Shown here one piece after another: positions 25,515 to 37,868 of a stretch of DNA of 63,969 bases. A program made the position numbers and the translations under genes. The stretch spans positions 17,300,032-17,364,000 of the forward strand of contig CM059432.1 in NCBI GenBank assembly GCA_030390025.1. Reading direction: 5' to 3'. Origin of the DNA: Squalus acanthias (lineage: Eukaryota). Each line of letters starts with the position of its first letter. The first letter of the stretch is position 1. Below the pieces are notes generated by a model that saw only the letters and a list, made by a program, of their open reading frames with translations, was not told the DNA's origin and did no database searches.

Positions 25515-27637
25515 ACATAGAAGCACAGAAGATAGGAGCAGGAGTAGGCCATTCGGCCCCTCGAGCCTGCTCCGCCATTCGATGAGATCATGGCTGATCA
25601 TCCAAACTCAGTACCCTGTACCTGCCTTCTCCCCATATCCCTTGATACCTTTAGCTTTAAGAAATATATCTAACTCATTCTTGAATATATTTAATGACTT
25701 GGCCTCAACTACCTTCTGTGGTAGAGAATTCCACAGGTTCACCACTCTCTGGGTGAAGAAATTCTTCCTCATTTCTGTCCTAAATGGCTTACCCCTTATC
25801 CTTAGACTATGACCCCTGGTTCTGGACTCTCCGACCATCGGGAACATTCTTCCTGCATCTAGTTTGTCCAGACCTGTCAGAATTTTATATGTTTCGATGA
25901 GATCCCCTCTCATTCTTCTATACTCCAGTGAGTATAAGCCCAATCGACCCAATCTCTCCTCATATGTCATTCCTGCCATCCCAGGTATCAGCCTTGTGAA
26001 TCTTCGCTGAACTCCTTCCATGGCAAGAACATCCTTCCTCAGATAAGGCGACCAAAACTGCACACAGTACTCAAGGTGTGGTCTCACCAAGGCCCTGTAC
26101 AACTGCAACAGGACATCCCTGTTCCTATACTCAAACCCTTTCGCTATGAAGGCCAACATACCATTTGCCTTCTTCACCGCCTGCTGCACCTGCATGCTTA
26201 CCTTCAGCGACTGGTGCACAAGGACACCCAGGTCTCGTTGCACTTCCCCTTCTCCCAATCTATTGCCATTCAGATAATAGTCTGCCTTTCTGTTTTTGAC
26301 ACCAAAGTGGATAACCTCGCATTTATCCACGTTATATTGCATCTGCCACGCTTCTGCCCACTCACCCAACCTGTCCAAATCATCCTGGAGTTTCTCGGTA
26401 TCCTCGCAGCACACACACCCACCCAGCTTTGTGTCATCTGCAAACTTGGAGATATTAAATTTAGTTCCCTTATCTAGATCATTAATGTATATTGTGAATA
26501 GCTGGGGTCCAAGGACCGATCCCTGCGGTACCCCACTAGTCACTGCCTGCCACTCGGAAAAAGACCCATTAATTCCTACTCTCTGCTTTCTGTCCGCCAA
26601 CCAGTTCTCTATCCAAGTCAATACCTTGCCCCCAGTCCCATGTGCCTTAACTTTACATGCTAATCTCTTATGCGGGACCTTATCGAAAGCCTTTTGAACG
26701 TCAAAATACACCACATCTACTGGTTCTCCCTTATCTATTTTCCCAGTTACATCCTCAAAAAATTCCAGTAGATTAGTCAAGCACAATTTACCTTTTGTAA
26801 ATCCATGTTGACTTTGTCCGATCCTGTCACTGTTTTTCAAGTGCTCAGCTATTACATCCTTTATAATGGACTCTAGCATTTTCCCCACTACCGATGTCAG
26901 GCTTACCGGTCTGTAATTCCCCGCTTTCTCTCTACCACCCTTTTTGAATAGTGGGGTAACATTAGCTACCCTCCAATCCATGGGTACAGTTCCAGATTCC
27001 ATCGAATGTTGGAAGATGATCAGCAAGGCATCAATATTTCTAGGGCCACTTCCTTAAGTACCCTAGCATGTAGATTATCATGCCCTGGGGATTTATCGGC
27101 CTTCAATCCCGTCAATTTTCCTAACACCATTTCCCTGCAAATACTGATTTCTTTCAGTTCCTCCCTTTCATCAGACCGTATGTTCTCCAACATCTGTGGG
27201 AGGTTATTTGTGTCCTCCTTTGTGAAGACAGAACCAAAATATGCATTTAATTGGTCTGCCATTTCTTTGTTCCCCATTATAACTTGCCCCGCTTCTGACT
27301 GCAAGGGACCTACACTTGATTTCACTAATCTTTTTCTCTTCACATATGTATAAAAGCTCTTACAGTCAGTTTTTATGTTCCCTGCAAGCTTACTTTCATA
27401 TTCTATTTTCCCCTTCTTAATTAATCCCTTTGTCCTCCTTTGTTGAATCCTAAACTGCTCCCAATCCTCAGGGTTACCGCTTTTTCTGGCCAATTTATAT
27501 GCCCTCTCCTTGGATCTTATGCTATCCCTAATTTCCCTTGTTAGCCACGGTTGAGTCACCCTTTTTGTTTTATTCTTATGCCACACTGGGATGAACAAAT
27601 TCTGTAGTTCATCCATGCAGTCTTTGAATGTTTGCCA
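25515..27637 (-). mobile_element. CR1 LINE (family A) 3' 2.1 kb; RT with one frameshift near 27020
   Basis: ORFs 25608-27026 and 27020-27616 with full RT motifs. Confidence 0.95.
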
Positions 27638-28251
27638 GGTGTTATAATTAATATAAATTTTAATATTGATGATGGAGTTCTTAATTAAAAGTTCATTTAC
27701 TTTAGAGGAGAGAAATCTATGAATATTGGTCTACTTTGCACCCATAGTCAGGTACAGGAAGCATCCTGACTGTTCCCTCCACTTTGGAGGTTTTTGTATG
27801 ATTTAGTTGCATGTAGTTAGTTAAAATGGCTAAGCAATGAAGATCAGCTTTTAAGCTCTAATGTCTTTTTTAGAATGTTACTGACTGAACTTAATAACGA
27901 CTGTTAGATTGTGCAGAATTCATTTTAGATATCTGTAAAATTGAGGGGGGTGCACCTTCCAACAGGTGCTTTTTAAAACTTATTCTCAGGATGTTGGTGT
28001 GCTGGTAAGACCTCATTTATTTCCCAACTATGGTTGTCCTGAGAGGCTGGTGTAGGCATAATAATGCAAGATCAGCTTATTTAAATGTGTTAATGGTGCT
28101 CACGGTGCTTGATGCAACTGGGAGTGCCATGGGAGTTAGGGGCAATAATGTCAGGTGCTGGAAGCTGGAATGCCAAGTGCCAGAGGCACTTTAGTGATTG
28201 CCTACTTATCCTGTGATAAGTAGATTGGAGTGCGCAACATTGATCAACAAA

Positions 28252-30027
28252 AGCGAGTTGAGGAACAGGGAGAGAGTGCAGATAAACACGTGGCTGCAGG
28301 GATGGTGTAGGGGGGAGGGTTTCAGTTATGTGGATAATTGGAGCGCATTCTGGGGAAGGTGGGACCTGTACAAACAGGACGGTTTGCACCTGAACCAGAG
28401 GGGCACCAATATCCTGGGTTGGAAATTTGCTACGGCTCTTCGGGGGGGTTTAAACTAATTTGTCAGGGGGGTGGGAAAAAGGGCTGTAGTCCAGGAGCCA
28501 GTGGTGAGTGTAGGGAGGTACTGAGGAGGGTATCAAGGTCGCAGGAATGTACCGGCAGACAGGAAGGTGGCTTGAAGTGTGTCTACTTCAATGCAAGGAG
28601 CATCCGGAATAAGGTAGGAGAACTTGGAGCGTGGATTGGTACTTGGAACTACGATGTGGTGGCCATTACGGAGACATGGTTAGAACAGGGACAGGAATGG
28701 TTGTTGGAAGTTCCGGGGTATAGATGTTTCAGTAAGAGTAGGGAAGTTGGTAAGAAAGGTGGAGGAGTAGCATTGTTAATCAAGGATTGCCTAACAAATT
28801 TGATTGAATTCTTTGAGGAGGTAACTAAGTGTGTAGATGAAGGTAGAGCAGTTGATGTCGTATACATGGATTTTAGTAAGGCGTTTGATAAGGTTCCCCA
28901 TGGTCGGCTCATGAAGAAAGTAAGGAGTTGTGGGATAGAGGGAAATTTGGCCGATTGGATAAGTAACTGGCTATCTCATAGAAGGCAGAGGGTGGTGGTG
29001 GATGGAACATTTTCGGACTGGAGACCAGTTACCAGCGGTGTGCCACAGGGGTCGGTGCTGGGTCCTCTGCTGTTTGTGATTTTTATCAATGACTTGGAGG
29101 AGGGGACTGAAGGGTGGATCAGTAAATTTGCTGATGACACCAAGATTGGTGGAGTAGTGGATGAGGTGGAGGGCTGTTGTAAGCTGCAAAGAGACATTGA
29201 TAGGATGCTGAGCTGGGCCGAAAAATGGCAGATGGAATTTAACCCTGATAAGTGCGAGGTGATTCATTTTGGTAGGGCAAATTTGAATAAGGATTACAGG
29301 GTCAACGGCAGGGTTCTGAGGAACGTGGAGGAACAGAGAGATCTGGGGGTTCATATCCACAGATCTCTGAAGGTTGCCACTCAAGTGGATAGAGCAGTAA
29401 AGAAGGCCTATGGTGTGTTAGCGTTTATTAACAAGGGGTTTGAGTTTAAGAACCGTGAGGTTATGCTACAACTGTACAGGACCTTAGTGAGACCACATTT
29501 GGAATATTGTGTGCAGTTCTGGTCACCTCACTATAGGAAGGACGTGGAAGCATTGGAAAGAGTGCAAAGGAGATTTACCAGGATGCTGCCTGGTTTGGGG
29601 GGGAGGTCTTATGAGGAAAGATTGAGGGAGTTAGGGCTTTTCTCTTTAGAGCGGAGGAGGATGAGAGGCGACTTAATAGAGGTTTATAAGATGATGAGGG
29701 GGATAGATAGAGTGGATGTTCAGAGACTATTTCCTCGGGTGGAGGTAGCTGTTACAAGGGGGCATAACTATAAGGTGCATGGGGGGAGATATAGAAGGGA
29801 TGTCCGAGGTAGATTCTTTACTCAGAGTGGTTGGGGTGTGGAATGGACTGCCTGCTGTGATAGTGGAGTTGGACACTTTAGGAACTTTCAAGCGGTTATT
29901 GGATAAGCACATGGAGCACACCAGAATGATAGGGAGTGGGATAGCTTGATCTTGGTTTCGGACAATGCTCGGCACAACATCGAGGGCCGAAGGGCCTGTA
30001 CTGTGCTGTACTGTTCTATGTTCTATG
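28252..30027 (+). mobile_element. CR1 LINE (family B) copy with native ORF1 stop and a ~1.4 kb in-frame internal deletion
   Basis: Near-identical to 5083-8260; junction atcaaggat|tgcctaac joins the equivalents of 5620 and 7025. Confidence 0.95.
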
Positions 30028-30162
30028 TAAAAGCAAAATACTGTGGATGCTGGAAATTGGAAATAAAAACAGAAAATGCTGAACACACTCAGCAGGTCAG
30101 GCAGCATCTGTGGAGTGAGAAACAGAGTTAACGTTTCAGGTCGATGACCCTTCGTCAGAACT
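30028..30162 (-). mobile_element. Penelope-like element terminal repeat fragment
   Basis: Minus strand: hammerhead core, then ctccacagatgctgcctgacctgctgagt...cagcattttctgtttttatttc, typical of vertebrate PLE termini. Confidence 0.75.
30126..30162 (-). ncRNA. Minimal type I hammerhead ribozyme (Penelope-associated)
   Basis: AGTT CTGACGA a GGGTC atc GACCT GAAAC GTT AACT: conserved CUGANGA/GAAA core, stem I AGUU/AACU, stem II hairpin, palindromic AACGUU stem III. Confidence 0.75.
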
Positions 30163-31114
30163 TGATTGGCCATTGGAGGCCAAAGAAGAAAAAAAAACAC
30201 AGACAGAAGACTGGCCCTTTTGGAAGGAAAGAACCATCCTGCAGGTCAAAAGTTCCTTTTTGGTGCGGGATCCTCTTATTTACATAAAAGCTTCATGCAT
30301 AGGCTCTGAGCTCCATAGGCAATCTGAGTGCGCATTGCAGTGTGTCAGCTAAATGACAAATGACGCACTCAGCAGGCCATAGGCTTCAGCACACATAATG
30401 CGGGGAGTCGGCTGATATGCACTTAGTACTAGAGGTGACAAGCATCGCAAATATCCCACTATGTAGGAACCTGTAGGCATCCCAAAATCCACCTGAGCAC
30501 CACCCTCCCATCACTGTCACCATCCAAACAACTATTGCACCACCCCTACACTCCTGGATTTCGGAAGCCCTCTCCCATTAATTCCATGCCGTAGTTCCGG
30601 TGGGATTCTCGCTGAAGAGGGATGTGGCCACAGAACCATAGATGTTTACAGCACAGGAGGAAATTCAGCCCATCATGTCTGTGCCAGCTCTTTGTTAAAA
30701 CAATTCAAAACTAATTCCACTGCACTTCTCTCGCTCTCTCCATAGCTTTCACTGCTTCAACTATATATCCAATTTTCCCTTATAAGGTGCAATGATCTCT
30801 GTGTCAACCTTTCACTTCCTGTGGCAAAGCATTCTATGCTCTAACAAATTCCTGCATGAATAATTTCTCCTAATCTTAGAAGCTTAAAATAACCAGGACA
30901 AGTTAGAGGGAGGATCTCCATTCTATCAATTCCATTCCACTTGCTCATCTGCAAATGGCAGACGGTCAGAGGAGCCATTTGAAACAGATAAGGAGGTCTG
31001 TCAGCTGCCAATGAGTGAAAACAAAACTGTAGGCAGCACCATATTTACATAACACCTGATCACATCTCTCAGAAACATCCCAAAGTGCTTCACATAGAAT
31101 AAATTACTTCTTTT

Positions 31115-31570
31115 TTTATTGCCCATCCCTAATTGCCCTTGAGAAGGTGGTAGTGAGCCACCTTCTGTGAACCACTGCCGTCCGTGTGGTGAAGGTACTC
31201 CCACAGTGCTGACTTTTTCCAAAGCAGTTTGGTACAACTGAGTGGCTTGTTAGGCCATTTCAGAGGGCAGTTAAGAGTCAACCACATTGCTGTGGGTGGG
31301 GAGTCACATATCGGCTGCTGGACTGGGTAAGGATGGCAGGTTTCTTTCCCTAAAGGACATTAGTGAACCAGTTGGGTTTTTATGACAATCCAATAGTTTC
31401 ATGGTCACCAATACTAGCATTTTTTAATTCCAGATTTATTTAATTAACTGAATTTATAATTCCCCCAGCTGCCATGGTGGGACTTGAACTCACATCTCTG
31501 CAGATTACTAATCCAGGCCTCTGGATTACTACTCCAGTAACATAACCGCTATACTACCATACCCCATACC
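31115..31570 (-). mobile_element. LINE 3' tail (as at 59535) plus adjoining tRNA-derived SINE
   Basis: attgcccatccctaattgcccttgagaaggtgg tail; ccatggtgggacttgaactc B box on minus strand. Confidence 0.6.
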
Positions 31571-31789
31571 GTTACATTGTTGTTATACAGATAAATGTGG
31601 GAGCCATTTATTGTACAGCAAAGTCCCACAAACAATAATAAGATGAATGACCAGTCTGGTTTTTTTCTATGATATCTTTCAAATACACCTGAACCACCAG
31701 AACAAGTATACATAGGCAGGTGAGCAGAATGGGCAGACAGGTATCAGATGCAATGTAATGTGGAGAAGTGTGTGGTAAAACAAGGAATA

Positions 31790-31981
31790 GGACATTCTCC
31801 CAGCATCCATCCTATCAAGCCCTGTAATAATTTTGTATGCTTCAATGAGATCCCCCCTCATTCTTCTGAATTCAAGAGAATACAGGCCTAGTTTACTCAA
31901 TCTCTTCTCATACGACAGTCCCGCCATCCCAGGAATCAATCTCGTGAACCTTCGTTGCACTCCCTCTATGGCAAGTATATC
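31790..31981 (-). mobile_element. CR1 internal fragment
   Basis: QRRFTRLIPGMAGLSYE...RRMRGDLIE. Confidence 0.85.
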
Positions 31982-32184
31982 CTGCCATGGGATCTTTTAC
32001 GCCCACCTGAAAGAGCAGACGGGGCCTCGGTTTAACGTCTCATCCAAAAGACGGCACTTCCGCCAGCGCAGTACTCCTTCAGTACTGCACTAGATTTTTG
32101 TGCTCTAGTCCCTGGAGTGGGACTTGAACCCACAATTACTTCTGACTCAGAGGCAATGGTGCTACCCACTGAGCCACAGCTGAC
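31982..32184 (-). mobile_element. Deu-domain SINE (SacSINE1-like), 5' part
   Basis: Reverse complement of the 16595-16812 SINE. Confidence 0.8.
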
Positions 32185-32189
32185 ATATT

Positions 32190-32941
32190 GGGCCAGAAAT
32201 TCGGCTCTCTGGCTTCCCGCGGGTGCAAGGATCGCGCGCGTACTTACCTAGCGCGCCTGCTGTTGTGCTTCGGGCCCGTGTGGAATTCGGCTCCTGGGCC
32301 TCCTGCAGCTGCCGGCGCGCAGTGCTTGCGTATCCCAGGGGCGCAGTTAGTTCGAAGCATCCCCTGGGATCATGTGGGCCATGGAGAGCCAATCGGAGCA
32401 GGGAATCTCCATTCATAGATTTTGACAGGAAGACCTGTCAAATCTATGAATAGAGATCGGCCCCAAAACCTCACTAAAACTTCAAATAAATTAAAAAAAA
32501 CATCACATTTTTAAAATAACTATAAATTACATAAATTAACTACTTTAAACAAAAATTTAAATTAATTACACTTTTTAATGGTGCTAAAAATAAACTTACC
32601 TTTCTTTAAAGTATGTAAAAAAGATAAACCTGTCGAAAAAATGTTTAAATTATACTTAATTCACCACTTACCTTGTTAAAAGCAGGCCTTGCGCCTCCTT
32701 TTTTCCTGCGCAGCTTCTCCGTACTTACCCTCACAGAGAAACCTGAAAAAAATAATGAAGTTCGCTGCGTGCGCGCTGCCTCTCCAGCGTACGCGTTCGA
32801 CCTCTGAACCCCTTCCTTCAGGGGAATGGAAGTTCCGGTTTCCAGCGCATGCACAGTGCATGCGCGAAACCGGCACTTTCGTTGGGTCTACGGGTGAGTA
32901 CACAGCGCGTACTCACCCGTGGAGACCCGAATTTCTAGCCC
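32190..32941. mobile_element. Non-autonomous DNA transposon (Harbinger-type MITE), CpG-rich arms with AT-rich core
   Basis: TIRs GGGCCAGAAATTCGG / CCGAATTTCTAGCCC; ATT on both sides (3-bp TSD); related copy at 55710-56449. Confidence 0.8.
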
Positions 32942-33459
32942 ATTAATATCTGGGCCAAAGATATGACTGTGCAGGAACAGGATATCAAAACAGCTGCAGA
33001 TACAAATTTCAGCAGCCACAAAATGACAGGTCCCTTTAAAGCAGCTGCACCCTTTAAAGCCCAATCTGGTCAGAATTCCTTCCTATCATGGGCATGCACT
33101 CAATCACATGCTGCCACCTATTCCTTGTGCATACCCACCGAAGGCTTCGGAGCTCTGACAGGAAATTGGGATGTACAGTTCAAGATTCAAACAGAGTCCA
33201 CTTAGAGTGCGCCCCACTCACACAATGCTTTGGGAATACCCTGAGAGGAAAATTGGCTGAATTATGTATTTTAGTATTATTTACATCAATGGTTTCCAAA
33301 CCTTTCTGTGTGGGGGAAATCCCTGTAAACATTGACACACTCCTGGGGGGCCTCCATCCTAACTTTTGCTGGATAGTGTCAGATATCGCAAAAACAATAG
33401 TGGCATCATTGCGGACAAAGTTTTTTTTAAATTGCGTCTGTAAGTAATATTTTTACCTC

Positions 33460-34002
33460 GTGTCTGTCATGGAGTCTATGCTTGGTGACATCCAATCTCA
33501 GTCTGCTCTCATGCAGTCTCAGCTTGATGCCACGCAAGCTCTGACTGCTGCCGTCATGGCTGGGTCTACCACCGTCGACTGGGGCTTTCACGGTGTCTCA
33601 ACAGGCCAGCAATCTGTGCTCCAACAGATTGCTAGGGAGGCTGAGGTGCTGCCCTGGGGGAATGACAGTGGGTCAGTGGAGCAGGGATCTGCTGTCCTCT
33701 CTCAGGATAACAGTATTCCTGCTCCCACCACTGCCACTCCGCCATTGCCCTTGTCGCTGCCTGCCATCCAGCCAGCCCAGACTGCTGCCACCCATGCTGA
33801 GGTTGTGCAGTCTACAGTCGGGCCTTCCAGGTCCAGAGCTGGTCGAGGGCGTCCTGCAAGGCCATATGAAGTCTCCCGCATGGACACTCAGCAGCCTTCC
33901 ACCAGCCCTGCTGTAGCCATTGGGCCAACACTTCATAGGAGCACTAGAGTAGGCAAAGGCACAGTAACAACAGGCACTAAGGGATTGCACAAGGGTGAAT
34001 AG
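33460..34002 (+). pseudogene. Probable C-terminal exon of the Harbinger accessory (Myb-like) ORF, convergent with the transposase
   Basis: Low-complexity S/A/P/Q-rich 180-aa frame ending tail-to-tail with the transposase across an AT-rich spacer, the typical Harbinger layout. Confidence 0.45.
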
Positions 34003-34164
34003 TTAATATTTTTGTTGTAAATATGTGTTCACTGATTTTTGATAAATTTATTAATTCAGTTTGAATTCTTTTGTTGTGTGTCTCATTTCAGCTTTGCTCT
34101 GTGATATGGCCTGCGACAGGGATGGAATGATGGGGATGTGGTGAGGAACGGGGATCTGGGGTTT

Positions 34165-35361
34165 AATTCATTGGAACCGCAGTCTGATGAGGCGGTCACA
34201 GACTGCCGTTCCGGAAGGCCGATTGAGTGGCTGCCTCCTCCCTCGCTCCTGTTCCTCCTCCTCGTCCTCCTCGTCTTCCTCTTTCCTTGTCCTCCTCCTC
34301 CTCCTATCCCTCTTCCTCCTCCTGAGGTGGTCCTGCAATCCCTGGTGGCAAGGGCTGGGCCCTCATGATGGCCAAGTTGTGGAGCATGCAGCAGACCACC
34401 ACAAAATGGGACACCCGCTCAGCCGAGTACTGGAGGCCTCCTCCCGAGTGGTCAAGGCCTCGGAACCGTTGCTTCAGCAGGCCGATGGTCTGCTCGATGA
34501 TGTTCCTGGTGGCAGCATGGCTCTCATTATATGAGTGCTGGGCAGGAGTGTTGGGGTTGCGGAGGGGAGTCATGAGCAGGTGGAGAGCGAATAGCCCTTG
34601 TCTCCAATCAACCAGCCGCGAGCTTGATGTCATGGCTGGAAGAGTGCTGGCACACCAGTCTGGCGCAGGATGAAGGCATCGTGGGCATTGACATTGAGGA
34701 TTAGCTGTCTGTGGTCGCACACCAACTGCACATTAAGTGAGTGATAGCCTTTGCGGTTATGGAAGATCTCAGGATTGTTATGCGGTGCCCGCAAAGCCAC
34801 GTGGGTGCAGTCAATGGCGCCCAGCACCATGGGGAATCCCACTATCCTGGCAAAGCCACATGCACGCTTATCCTGCTTCTCTCTGGTGATGGGGAAGGAA
34901 ATGTAGTCCCTTCTCCTACTGTAGAGAGCCTCTGTGACCTCCTGGATCCAGCGATGGACGGCGAACTACGAGATGTTAGCTATGTCTCCTGGTGCAGACT
35001 GGAAGGATCAGCTGGTGAAAAAATTGAGCGCGACGGTGACCTTGACTGCCACTGAGAGAGCCGTGGTAGCCGTGGTCGCCCTGATCTGAGGCTGGAGGTC
35101 TGGTTGCAGAAGGTGACAGAGTTCTGTGACCACCTCCTTGATGAAGCGGAGCCTTCTAATACACTGCTCCTCGCTTAATTGGAGGTAGGAGAAATGCTCT
35201 CGGAATACCCTCGGAGGGTAAAGCCTCCTGTTGAGAGCCCTGATGGCCCTCCTCCTCCCTCTGGTCACATGTTCCAGTCTTTCTCGCTGCCTCCACTCCC
35301 TCCACCATAGATCCTGGAGGGTGAGGTCAACTGCCAGTACAGCTCCCATTAATGTAACCAA
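34165..35361 (-). pseudogene. PIF/Harbinger DDE transposase (HARBI1-like), frameshifted
   Basis: LSEEQCIRRLRF; GFPMVLGAIDCTHV; NRKGYHSLNVQLVCD; HDAFIL; NESHAATRNIIEQTIGLLKQRFRGL; CCMLHNLA; acidic tail. Confidence 0.92.
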
Positions 35362-35839
35362 GTGTAGCAGTTTGATTTTTTAAAGAATAAATGTAGCTAC
35401 CTTTTAGTTGCCACAACACTCCTGATACTAAATAACGTTGAATTACAGAATGAGACTGTTGGACTATGTGAAACTGACAAGAAAGCACTGAAACTCCACT
35501 AACCTACAGCTGCAATTCATTACTGATGATCCATTTAAATAACGTCCCTGGAGCTGGCTTCCTGGTGTTTTACACCAGCTCTCCCTGTCACTGTTTCCTC
35601 TGGGCACTAAAGTAGGTGGCGACAATCAATTTCGCAGATTGGGCGGCCAGTGAGCGTTGCACACTCACTCACATCACGATCCACCTGGCATTGAGGCTCC
35701 CGGCGATAACTGTTAGTGCCGGCACTGTGGGGGCTGGGATTTGGCGTGTGCCGTTGGATTCGCCTTGCCCCAGCGATAATGCTCTGGCGCTAACGGGAGG
35801 CGCTAAGGTACCGAATTTCCCCCCCCCCCATTACGCTTA

Positions 35840-37868
35840 TACTCCAATCCTTTTGTAATAAAGGCTCACATACCATTTGCTTTCCTAATTGCTCGCTGTA
35901 CCTGCATGTTAACTTTCAGTGATTCGTGTACAAGGACACCCAGGTCCCTCTGAACACCAACATTTCCCAATCTCTCTCCATTTAAAAAATACTCTGCTTT
36001 TCTATTTTTCCTACCAAAGTGGATAACTTCACATTTCTCCACATTATATTCCATCTGCCATGTTCTTGCCCATTCACTTAACCTGTCTATATCCCTATGC
36101 AGCCTTTTTGCAACCTCCTCACAACTTACTTTCCCACTTAGCTTTGTATCACCAGTAAACATGGATACATTATACTCAGTCCCCTCAACTAAGTCATTGA
36201 TATAGATTGTAAATAGCTGAGGCCCAAGCACTGATCCTTCTGGTACCCCACTAGTTACAGCCTGCCAACCCAAAAATGACCCGTTTATTCCTACTCTCTG
36301 TTTTCTGTCCGTTCACCAATCCTTAATCCATGCTAGTATATTACCCTCAATCCCATGAGCCCTAATTTTGTGTAATAACCTCTTGTGCGACACCTTATCA
36401 AATGCTTTCAGAAAATCCAAATACACCACATCCATTGGTTCCCGCTTATCTACCATGCTAGTTACAACCTCAAAAAACTCCATTAGATTTTGAAACACGA
36501 TTTCCCTTTCATAAATCCGTGTTGATGCTGTCGAATCATATTATGATTTTCTAAAGGCCCTGTTCCCACATCCCTAATAATGGATTATAGCATTTTCCCT
36601 ACTACTGATGACAGGCTAACTGGTCTATAGTTCCCTGCTTTCTCTCTCCCTCCTTTCTTTAATAGCGGGGTTACATTTGCTACCTTCCAATCTGCTGGGA
36701 CCGTTCTGGAATCTAGGGAATTCTGCACGATCAAAACCAATGCACCCACGATCTCTGTAGCCACGTCTTTTAAAACCCGAGGATGTAGGCCATCAGGTCC
36801 AGGAGATTTGTTGGCTTTTAGTCCTATTAATTTCTCCAGTACTATTTCTTCACAACTGCTAATGTCTTTAAGTTCCTCATTCTCTCTAGACCCTTGGTTC
36901 CCCACTATTTCTGGAATGTTTTTTGTGTCTTTTTTCGTGAAACAAAGTATTTGTTTAATGTCTCTGCCATTTCCTTATTCCCCATCATAATTTCTCCTGT
37001 CTCTGCCTGAAAGGGACCCATGTTTGCTTTTGCTAATCTCTTCTCTTTTTACATACGTATAAAAGCTTTTACAATCTGTTTTTATGTCTCTTGCTAATTT
37101 ACTCTCATATTCTATTTTTCACTCTCTTTATCAAGTTCTTGGTCCTCCTTTGCTGAATTCTAAAATCCTCCCAGTCCTCAGGCTTACTACTCTTTTTGGC
37201 AACATTATAAGACTCTTCCTTTAATCTAATACTATCTTTAACTTCTCTTGTTAGCCATGGTTGGACCATTTTTCCCGTGGTGTTTTTATTCCTTAAGGGA
37301 ATGTATTTTCTTGTGAATTATGAATTATTTCTTTAAATGTTTGCCATTGCTTATCTACTATCATATATTTAATCTAGTTTCCCAACCTATTTTAGCCAAC
37401 TTGCCTCTCATACCTACATAGTTTGCTTTGTTTAGATTTAAGACTCTAGTTTAGGACTTAACTAAATCACTCTCAAACTCAACATAACATTCTATCATAT
37501 TATGATCACTGCTCCACAGAAGCTCCTTTACTACAAGGTTATTAATGAACCCTGTCTCTTTGCAAAATGCTAGATCTAAAATAGCCTGTTCTCTAGTTGG
37601 TTCCTCGACATACTGATCAAGAAAACTATCTTGAATGCATTCCATGAACTCGTCCTCTGCATTTTTTTTATTCGTTCCTGGGATGTGGGCGTCGCTGGCA
37701 AAACCAGCATTTATTGCCCATCCCTAATTGCCCTTGGGAAGGTGGTGGTGAGCCACCTTCTTGAACCGCTGCAGTGCATGTGGTGAAGGCACTCCCACAG
37801 TGTTGTTAGTGAGGGGAGTTACTGCAATTTGGTTTGCCCAGTCTATATGAAAATTAAAGTCCCCATTA
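35840..37868 (-). mobile_element. Older CR1 ORF2 fragment, interrupted at ~37660-37820 by another LINE tail
   Basis: ORFs 35866-36273, 36313-36498, 36585-36905 and 37451-37645 with APE/RT motifs. Confidence 0.9.

Larger units (their letters stand above)
33460..35829 (-). mobile_element. Decayed autonomous Harbinger transposon with one terminus retained
   Basis: Transposase and partner ORF; terminus (minus strand) GGGGGGAAATTCGGTACCTTAGCGCCTCCCGTTAGCGCC at ~35785-35829. Confidence 0.8.
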
